Source: an uncultured Gemmatimonadales bacterium
Lineage (GTDB): Bacteria > Gemmatimonadota > Gemmatimonadetes > Longimicrobiales > RSA9
DNA: 64,000 nucleotides
Assembly (NCBI GenBank): GCA_963816355.1
Contig: CAWFKH010000003.1
Location: forward strand, 224,001 to 288,000
Reading direction: 5' to 3'
The number at the start of each line of letters is the position of its first letter. Position 1 is the stretch's first letter. A model generated the notes under the pieces. It made no database searches, was not told the origin of the DNA, and saw only the letters and a list, made by a program, of their open reading frames with translations. A program made the position numbers and the translations under genes. Shown piece by piece: positions 57,011 to 64,000 of this stretch.

Positions 57011-57697
57011 ATGCTCGGCGATTCGATCAGACGCAGACGGGGTGGCAAGGGGACGGGCGCCCGCCCGGCGCCGCGGCGCCGCAGGCCCCGCACGTGGGGC
57101 GGCTTTCCCTGGCGCCGCTGGATCGTCACCGGCCTCGCCGTCACGCTTGCCGCCTTCGCCATCGGCTACGCCTTCGCCGTGCTCGTCCTCTTCCCGGCTC
57201 CGCCGGCGCCGTCCGACCAGGTCGAGGTGCCGCGGCTCGTCGGCGGCGACGCGGCGGCCGCGCGCACCGCGCTCGAGGGCGGCGGCCTCCACCTCGGCGA
57301 GACCCGCACGCTTCCTTCCGACCAGCCCCCGGGGACGGTCCTCGCGCAGAGCACGCTGGCGGGACAGCACCTGCTGCCCGGCGCCAGCGTCGACATCGCG
57401 GTCGCGACGCCGCCGCGGCCCGCCCGCGTGCCGCCCGTCGAGGGGCTGGGCGCGGACGCCGCGGCCGCGCTGCTGCAGGCCGCCGGGCTCGACGCGCAGC
57501 AGCAGACGGTCGCGAGCGACGCGACCGCCGGGACCGTCGTCCGCGCGCGCCCCGCGCCGGGGAGCGCCGTCAGCCGCCCCGGACCCGTCACGCTCTTCGT
57601 CAGCCAGGGCCCGCCGCAGACGCTCGGTCCGCCGCTCCTCGGCACGCCCGTCCCCGACACCAGCGCCGCCGCCGGCGCGGGTGGAGGGCCGCGATGA
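57011..57697 (+). CDS. PASTA domain membrane protein
   Basis: One TM segment and two VP.L/V.G...G.V..Q PASTA repeats. Confidence 0.8.
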   Translation: MLGDSIRRRRGGKGTGARPAPRRRRPRTWGGFPWRRWIVTGLAVTLAAFAIGYAFAVLVLFPAPPAPSDQVEVPRLVGGDAAAARTALEGGGLHLGETRTLPSDQPPGTVLAQSTLAGQHLLPGASVDIAVATPPRPARVPPVEGLGADAAAALLQAAGLDAQQQTVASDATAGTVVRARPAPGSAVSRPGPVTLFVSQGPPQTLGPPLLGTPVPDTSAAAGAGGGPR

Positions 57698-58254
57698 GCG
57701 ACCGCGCCCGCGCCTGGACCGCGGCGGCGATCTCCGTCGCGGCGCTCGCCGGCGTCGTCGTGCTCGGCTGGAACGGTCAGGCGAGCAACGCGCCCGCGGC
57801 CGTCGAGTCGAGCGCGCCCGCCTATTCTGCGCCCTCGCTCGCGGGCGACACCGTCTCGCTCGCAGCGCACCGGGGTCACGTCGTGCTGCTCAACATCTGG
57901 GCGACGTGGTGCCCGCCGTGCCGCATGGAGATGCCGTCGCTGCAGCGGCTCTACGACCGCTACCACGCGCAGGGACTCGACATCGTCGCGGTGGCCGTGG
58001 ACGACCCGCCGGGCGGCCTGGGAGGCGTCGACGCGGTGCGCCCGCTCGTCCGCGGCTACGTCCAGGCGCGCGGCATCCGGTTCCCGATCCTGCTCGACCC
58101 GAGCGGCGGCACGGAGAACCTGTTCGGCGCGACCGGCCTTCCGACCACGATCGTCATCGACCGCAAGGGGATCATCCGGGGGAAGGTGGTGGGCGGCCGC
58201 GAATGGGACACCGGCCCGCTCGAGGCCCGCATCCGCGCGCTCGTGGAGGAGTGA
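57694..58254 (+). CDS. TlpA/ResA thiol-disulfide oxidoreductase
   Basis: NIWATWCPPCRMEMP. Confidence 0.9.
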   Translation: MSDRARAWTAAAISVAALAGVVVLGWNGQASNAPAAVESSAPAYSAPSLAGDTVSLAAHRGHVVLLNIWATWCPPCRMEMPSLQRLYDRYHAQGLDIVAVAVDDPPGGLGGVDAVRPLVRGYVQARGIRFPILLDPSGGTENLFGATGLPTTIVIDRKGIIRGKVVGGREWDTGPLEARIRALVEE

Positions 58255-59027
58255 GCGTGCCTCTCCTCCCCGAACTCGTCACGCACAACCTGTGGCTGAA
58301 GCTGGCCGCGCTCGGACTCGCCGTCCTCCTGTGGGGCGTGCTGCGTGCCGACGCCCCCGGCTTCGCCACCTACGACGCCGTCCCCGTCGACGTCGTCGTC
58401 GACGACCCGGGCTGGACCCTCGCCGCGCCGCCCGATCCGCAGACCGTCCAAGTCGCCTTCTCCGGCACCGCGCGCGAGCTGCTGCGCCTCGTCGGCGTGC
58501 AGCCGCGCGTCGTCGTCACCATCGACGAGGTCACCGACTCGACCATGACGCGCGACCTCGTCGGCGGCATGGTCCGCGTCGACGCGGGCGGCGACCGGCC
58601 CACCGTCGCGCGCGTCACGCCCACGCGCGTCTCCCTCTCCTTCGAGCCGGTGCAGAGCGCGCTCCGGCCCGTCGCCATCCGCGTGCGTGGATCGCTGCCG
58701 CCGGGCGTCCGCCTCGCGCGCACCATCACCGCCCAGCCGGGCAGCGTCCGCGTCAGCGGCGCGCTCTCCCGCCTCGCCACGCTCGACTCCGTTCCGCTCG
58801 AGCCGGTGGACATCTCGACGCTCACCGCGCCCGCGACGCTGCAGGTCCACGTCGACACCGCCGCCATGCGCGGCTTCCTCGTCTCGCCCCGCCGCGTCGC
58901 GGTGACCGTCGAGGCGATCACGGTGCCGGACTCCACGCTGCTTCCCGACACGGCCACGCCGGACACCGCCGCCGTCGACACGATCGGCGCCCGCGCCCGC
59001 CCGCCGCGCCCGCCGCGGCGCCGCTGA
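58251..59027 (+). CDS. CdaR/YbbR-like domain protein
   Basis: NLWLKLAAL.LAVLLW anchor; P..V.V.G repeats. Confidence 0.75.
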   Translation: MSVPLLPELVTHNLWLKLAALGLAVLLWGVLRADAPGFATYDAVPVDVVVDDPGWTLAAPPDPQTVQVAFSGTARELLRLVGVQPRVVVTIDEVTDSTMTRDLVGGMVRVDAGGDRPTVARVTPTRVSLSFEPVQSALRPVAIRVRGSLPPGVRLARTITAQPGSVRVSGALSRLATLDSVPLEPVDISTLTAPATLQVHVDTAAMRGFLVSPRRVAVTVEAITVPDSTLLPDTATPDTAAVDTIGARARPPRPPRRR

Positions 59028-59032
59028 GCCGC

Positions 59033-60082
59033 ATGGACGCGCCGCTCGTCCTCGGCCTCGAGACCTCCTGCGACGAGACCTCCGCCGCCATCCTCGCCGG
59101 CGAGCGCGACCTGCGCGGCCACGCGATCCTCTCCCAGGACGTGCACCGCATCTACGGCGGCGTCGTGCCGGAACTCGCCGCGCGGGCGCACATCCGCGTC
59201 ATCGACGACGTCGTCGAGCGCGCGCTCCGCGAGGCCGGCGTCGATCTCGCCGACGTGGACGTGATCGGCGTCACGGCGGGGCCCGGCCTGATCGGCGCCC
59301 TCCTCGTCGGGCTGACGTGGGCGAAGGCGGTCGCGTACGCGCTCGGCCGTCCGCTGGTGCCGGTCCACCACATGGAGGCGCATCTCTTCGCGACCTCGAT
59401 CGAAGACGGCGACGCCGCCCCGCCGTTCGTCGCGCTCCTCGTCTCCGGCGGCCACACGCAGCTCCTCTGGGTGCCGGAGTGGGGGCGCTACGAGCTGCTC
59501 GGCGAGACGCGCGACGACGCGGCCGGCGAGGCCTTCGACAAGGTGGCGAAGATCCTGGAGCTCGCCTACCCGGGCGGCCCCGAGATCGAGCGGGCCGCGC
59601 GCGCCGGCGACCCGGCCGCCCACGCCTTCCCGCGCCCCATGCTCGCCTCCACGCAGCGGCCCGGCGACGACGACTACTACGACTTCTCGTTCAGCGGCCT
59701 GAAGACCGCCGTGCTCAACCGCGTCCGCGAGGTCGAGGCGCGGGGCCGGCTCGAGAGCGAGCGCGCCCACCTCGCCGCGTCCTTCCAGGCCGCCGTCATG
59801 GACGTGCTGGTCGAGAAGACGATGCGCGCGGTCGAGCAGACCGGCTGCCGACGCGTGCTGCTCGGGGGCGGCGTCGCGGCCAGCCGCGCGCTCCGGGACG
59901 CGCTCCGCGCACGCCTCGCCGGCGGCCGCCTCTTCCATCCTAGCCCGAGGCTTGCAACGGACAACGCCGCGATGATCGCGCGCACCGCCCTCTTCCGTTT
60001 CCGGCGAGGCGAGCGCGCCGGGCTCGACGCCAGCGCGCGCGCCGATCTACCCTTTCCGGGCCTCGAACGCCGAGCATGCTGA
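59033..60082 (+). CDS. tsaD: tRNA N6-adenosine threonylcarbamoyltransferase
   Basis: LGLETSCDET, GGVVPELAAR.H, HMEAH, VSGGHT, DDAAGEAFDK, FSFSGLKT. Confidence 0.95.
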   Translation: MDAPLVLGLETSCDETSAAILAGERDLRGHAILSQDVHRIYGGVVPELAARAHIRVIDDVVERALREAGVDLADVDVIGVTAGPGLIGALLVGLTWAKAVAYALGRPLVPVHHMEAHLFATSIEDGDAAPPFVALLVSGGHTQLLWVPEWGRYELLGETRDDAAGEAFDKVAKILELAYPGGPEIERAARAGDPAAHAFPRPMLASTQRPGDDDYYDFSFSGLKTAVLNRVREVEARGRLESERAHLAASFQAAVMDVLVEKTMRAVEQTGCRRVLLGGGVAASRALRDALRARLAGGRLFHPSPRLATDNAAMIARTALFRFRRGERAGLDASARADLPFPGLERRAC

Positions 60083-60948
60083 CGATCCTGCACGTCTCCG
60101 ACCTCCACTTCGGGCCGCCGTTCCTGCCGAAGCTGGGCGACGCCCTCCTCGGCGCCGCGGAGGAGCTGCAGCCGGACGTGATCGTCGCGAGCGGCGATTT
60201 CACGCAGCGCGCCAAGCGCGAGCAGTTCGCCGCCGCGCGCCGCTTCCTCGACCGCCTGCCGGACGTGCCGACCGTCGTCACCCCCGGCAACCACGACGTA
60301 CCGCTCTACCGCGTCTTCGAGCGCCTCTTCGACCCGTACCGCAACTACCGCGAGGCGATATCACCGGAGCTGCAGTCGGTGCTGCGGCTCGACGACGCGG
60401 TCATCGTCGCCATCAACACCACGTCGCCACTGCGCGCGCTCACCAACGGCCGCATCAGCGACGCCGACGTCGCCTACTGCGCGCGCGCCTTCGAGGACGC
60501 GGGCGACGAGCGGGCGCGCATCGTCGTCGCCCATCACCACTTCGCGCCCGCGCCCGACTACGAGGGCGGGCAGGGGATGGCCGGCGCGCGCGAGGCGCTC
60601 GAGAGCTTCCAGCGGCTCCGCGTCGACCTCCTCCTCGGCGGTCATCTGCACCGCGCCTACATCGGCAACTCGCTCGACGTGCACCCCGGCATGGAGCGCC
60701 GCCACGGCGTCATCATCGTGCAGTCCGGAACCACCACTTCCCGCCGTGGCCGCGCCCGCGAGCGCGAGAAGAACTCCTTCAACCTGCTCCGCCTCGGTGA
60801 CGAGCTGATCCGCATCACGCACTACATGTTCTTCGACGAGGCGGGCGGCTTCGCACCCACCAGCCGCCACATCTTCCCGCGCTTCGGGCGCTCCTTCCTC
60901 AGCCATCCGCCCGAGGAAGCGTCCCGCGAGTGGCACCCCGCCGGCTGA
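60076..60948 (+). CDS. Metallophosphoesterase (CpdA/Icc-like)
   Basis: SDLHFG, SGD, PGNHD, GHLH. Confidence 0.9.
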   Translation: MLTILHVSDLHFGPPFLPKLGDALLGAAEELQPDVIVASGDFTQRAKREQFAAARRFLDRLPDVPTVVTPGNHDVPLYRVFERLFDPYRNYREAISPELQSVLRLDDAVIVAINTTSPLRALTNGRISDADVAYCARAFEDAGDERARIVVAHHHFAPAPDYEGGQGMAGAREALESFQRLRVDLLLGGHLHRAYIGNSLDVHPGMERRHGVIIVQSGTTTSRRGRAREREKNSFNLLRLGDELIRITHYMFFDEAGGFAPTSRHIFPRFGRSFLSHPPEEASREWHPAG

Positions 60949-60958
60949 GCCGACTCCC

Positions 60959-62146
60959 ATGGCCCGCAAACGACGCGTCGCCGCCCACGTCGCCATCGGC
61001 TTCGCCGCCGCCCTGCTCGTCCTCGTCGCGGCCATCCTGTTCCTCACGCGCACGCCGCCCGGCGTCCAGAAGGTCGGCGGCTACGTCGTCCGCTCGCTCG
61101 GCGACCGCATCAGTGGAAAGCTCACCGTGCGGCGCGTCTCCAGCCGCGGCGGCCTCCTCGGCGGCGTCACGCTCCACGGCGTCGAGCTCCAGGCGCCCGG
61201 CGGGCGGCCGTTCCTCAGCGCCGACAGCGTCCGCCTCTCCTACAACTGGCGCTCCCTGCTCGCCGGCCGCATCGTCTTCGACCGCATCGGCCTCTTCCGG
61301 CCGCGCCTCGTGCTCGAGAAGCTGCCCGGCGACACCGCCTGGAACTTCAGCGAAGCGCTCGCGACGCCGCCCTCCGCCCGGCCGTCGACGCCCTCCTCCT
61401 CCGCGCCGCTGATCCTGATCGGCGGCATCCGCGTCCGCGACGGCGATGTCGTCGTGCGCACGGCGATCGCGCCCGACTCCGGCCGCGCGATCCAGCCCGC
61501 AGACACGGCCCGCCTCATCGTCCGCCGGCTCCCCGGCGGCCTCGTGCGCGAGATGCGGTTCGAGCGCCTCGACGCTTCGCTGCCCCGCGTCCTGGTCAGC
61601 TCCCCGCAGGAGGAGGGACGGCTCGTCGAGGTCGCCTCCCTCTCCACGCGCGGCTACGTCTGGCAGACCCCGTTCGATCTCCGCGCCCTGCGCGGCACCC
61701 TCGTCCTGCACGATTCCCTCGTCGCCTTCGACCTCGATCGCGTCGAGCTGCCCGACTCCCGCGCCGCCGCCCTCGGCCGCGTCGTCGTCACCTCGCCGCA
61801 CAACCGCGTCGACGTCCAGATCGACGGCCAGCGCCTGCGCCTCGAGGACCTCCAGTGGCTCTACCCCGGCCTGCCGCCCACCGGCACGGGCCGCCTCCAG
61901 CTCCGCATGCAGACCCGCCCCGACGGCGGCACCCTCTTCTACGCCCGCGACATCGACATCACCGCGCCCCAGACGCACGTGACCGGTCAGCTCGGCATCG
62001 TCGTCGGCGACGACTCCACCTATCTCACCCGCGTCGACCTGCGCGCCAACCCGCTCAACCTCGAGATCCTGCAGCAGCTCATTCCCGGCGACGTCCCCCT
62101 CGAAGGCCTGCGCGTCGGCACGCTCGAGGTGCGCGGCACTCCATGA
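60959..62146 (+). CDS. AsmA/TamB-like N-terminal domain protein
   Basis: N-terminal TM anchor followed by beta-rich repeats (GVTLHGVEL...LSADSV...WRSLL). Confidence 0.6.
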   Translation: MARKRRVAAHVAIGFAAALLVLVAAILFLTRTPPGVQKVGGYVVRSLGDRISGKLTVRRVSSRGGLLGGVTLHGVELQAPGGRPFLSADSVRLSYNWRSLLAGRIVFDRIGLFRPRLVLEKLPGDTAWNFSEALATPPSARPSTPSSSAPLILIGGIRVRDGDVVVRTAIAPDSGRAIQPADTARLIVRRLPGGLVREMRFERLDASLPRVLVSSPQEEGRLVEVASLSTRGYVWQTPFDLRALRGTLVLHDSLVAFDLDRVELPDSRAAALGRVVVTSPHNRVDVQIDGQRLRLEDLQWLYPGLPPTGTGRLQLRMQTRPDGGTLFYARDIDITAPQTHVTGQLGIVVGDDSTYLTRVDLRANPLNLEILQQLIPGDVPLEGLRVGTLEVRGTP

Positions 62147-64000
62147 GCCGCGCACCGACGAGCGCCGCCGACGAGCGCGGGAAGGGCGACGCGCGCACGA
62201 CGGCGGGCAGCGCCGCGCTCGCCGCCGCCGGCGTCTACGTGTGCGCCCGCCTCGGCTACGCCTACGCCGTCTACCCCTCGCACATCTCGGTGGTGTGGCC
62301 AGCGAGCGGATTCCTCCTGGCGCTCCTGATCCTGATCGAGCGTCGGCGCTGGCCCGCGGCGTTGCTCGGCGCCGTGGCCGCGAACGTGGTCGCGGACCTC
62401 CAGCACGGCACCACCGTCGGCGTGGCGCTCGCGGGCGGCGGCGCCAACGCGTTCGAATCGCTGGTCGCGGCGCTCGTGCTGATGCGGCTGGCGGGTCGGC
62501 GGCCCTCGCTGCGCAGCCTGCGCGAGCTGGGGGCGCTCATCGTCGGCGCCGCGATCATGAGCAACGCCGTGACGAGCCTGCTCGGCGCGCTCGTGCTGAC
62601 GCGGGCCTGGCGGCTTCCGTTCGGCGCCGGCTGGGAGAGCGGACTGGCGCGGGCGTGGTTCGTCTGGTGGGCGGGCGACGGCATGGGGATGCTCGTGGTC
62701 GCGCCGGCGATCCTGACGTGGGCCGGTGTGGTCCGTGCCCGCGAACGGATCCCGCGCCGGATGGCGCTCGAAGCGGCCCTCGTGCTCCTGGTCACCATAG
62801 TCGTCGCCGGCTCCGTGCTCGTGCGCGGCGGCGCGAGCGGCGGCGCGCTCGGCGGCTATCCGTACCTGGTCTTCCCGCTCCTCATCTGGACCGGCATCCG
62901 CTTCGGACCGTGGGGGCCGGCGACGGCCACGCTGCTCCTGGCGGCGGTCGTCTCGTGGCACGCCTCGCGGGAGCCCGGCCTCTTCATCCAGCAGGAGGGC
63001 TCGTCGCTCCAGCAGGTCCTCGAGATCTACGCCTACCTCGCCCTCGCCAGCCTGTCGTCCCTCGTCCCCGCCGTGGCGCTCCGCGAGCGCGCGGACGCCG
63101 AGGAGCAACTGCGCCAAAGCGATGCGCGCTTCCGCCAGATGGCCGATACGATCAAGGAATCCTACTACGTCGTCGATCTCCTCACGTGGACGCCGATCTA
63201 CGTCAGCCCCATCTGGTCCGAGATCTGGGGAAGGCCGCTGGAGGAGGGATACGATCCCGACATCTGGTTCGACAACATCCATCCCGACGACCGCGAAGCC
63301 ATGCGGCGCGACCAGGAAACCGTCGCCCGCGGCGAGCCGGCGACCACCGTCTTCCGCGTCATCCGCCCCGACGGCGCCACACGGTGGGTGCGCGGCCGCT
63401 CCTTCCCCGTGCGCGACCCGTCCGGCACGGTGTACCGCATGATCGGCGTCGCCGAGGACATCACCGAGCTGCGCCAGTCCGAGGAGCGCGTCATCCAGGC
63501 GCAGCGCATGGAGGCCGTCGGGCAGCTCGCCGGCGGCGTCGCCCATGATTTCAACAACCTCCTCACCGTCATCCTCGGCTCCGCCGACCTCGCCCTCGCC
63601 GACCTGCCGCACGACGCACCCCTGCGCGACGACCTCGTCGCCATCCGCGACGCCGGAGAGAGCGCGACCCGCCTCACCCGCCAGCTCCTCGCCTTCAGCC
63701 GTCAGCAGATCCTGCAGCCGCACCTGCTGCGCCTTGACGAGCTCATCCAGACGACCGCCGGCATGCTCGAGCGCCTCATCGGCGAGAACATCCAGCTCCA
63801 GACGTCGCTCCAGCCCGGCGCCGGATCCGTCAACGCCGACCCCGGCAGCCTCGAACAGGTCCTAGTCAACCTCGCCGTCAACGCGCGCGACGCCATGCCC
63901 GCCGGCGGCCGCCTCCTCCTCGAGCTGCGCAACGCAGACGTCGCCGCCTCCGCCGCCTCCGACGCCGTCCCCCCGGGCCGCTACGTCGTCCTCGCCGTCA
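62143..64000 (+). CDS. MASE1-PAS sensor histidine kinase (partial, runs off the window)
   Basis: MASE1 (VVWPASG, WWAGDGMG), PAS/PAC (IHPDD, DG.TRWV), LAGGVAHDFNNLL, QVLVNLAVNARDAMP. Confidence 0.9.
   Translation, partial: MSRAPTSAADERGKGDARTTAGSAALAAAGVYVCARLGYAYAVYPSHISVVWPASGFLLALLILIERRRWPAALLGAVAANVVADLQHGTTVGVALAGGGANAFESLVAALVLMRLAGRRPSLRSLRELGALIVGAAIMSNAVTSLLGALVLTRAWRLPFGAGWESGLARAWFVWWAGDGMGMLVVAPAILTWAGVVRARERIPRRMALEAALVLLVTIVVAGSVLVRGGASGGALGGYPYLVFPLLIWTGIRFGPWGPATATLLLAAVVSWHASREPGLFIQQEGSSLQQVLEIYAYLALASLSSLVPAVALRERADAEEQLRQSDARFRQMADTIKESYYVVDLLTWTPIYVSPIWSEIWGRPLEEGYDPDIWFDNIHPDDREAMRRDQETVARGEPATTVFRVIRPDGATRWVRGRSFPVRDPSGTVYRMIGVAEDITELRQSEERVIQAQRMEAVGQLAGGVAHDFNNLLTVILGSADLALADLPHDAPLRDDLVAIRDAGESATRLTRQLLAFSRQQILQPHLLRLDELIQTTAGMLERLIGENIQLQTSLQPGAGSVNADPGSLEQVLVNLAVNARDAMPAGGRLLLELRNADVAASAASDAVPPGRYVVLAV

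Overview
Very GC-rich bacterial chromosomal window; gene content and style suggest Gemmatimonadota, but this is inference. Most of it is housekeeping: mutS end, cystathionine beta-synthase, ddl, EF-G paralog, an imuA-imuB-dnaE2 mutagenesis cassette, yebC-ruvCA, ruvB, queA-tgt-yajC-def-fmt-thiE/S/G-rsmB, tsaD and a MASE1/PAS kinase. A lower-GC island (about 30150-35560) is an integrase-less integron gene-cassette array on the minus strand. It has an attI-like start, four clear and related attC sites, and cassettes encoding a PIN protein, a lipoprotein, a DUF5677/HEPN-like protein and a glyoxalase, plus one cassette with almost no coding capacity. An internally deleted IS110/IS1111-type element sits exactly in the GTTAG core of one attC. 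It keeps a bridge/seekRNA-like 3' RNA whose first loop (AAACGTTAG) matches the attC core it occupies. Other notable signals are a shared TTC-N7-GTTC operator before imuA and dnaE2, many apparently leaderless genes, a ~215-bp dispersed structured repeat, a 55-bp triple-hairpin tandem array, and several single-base frameshifts that may be assembly errors.
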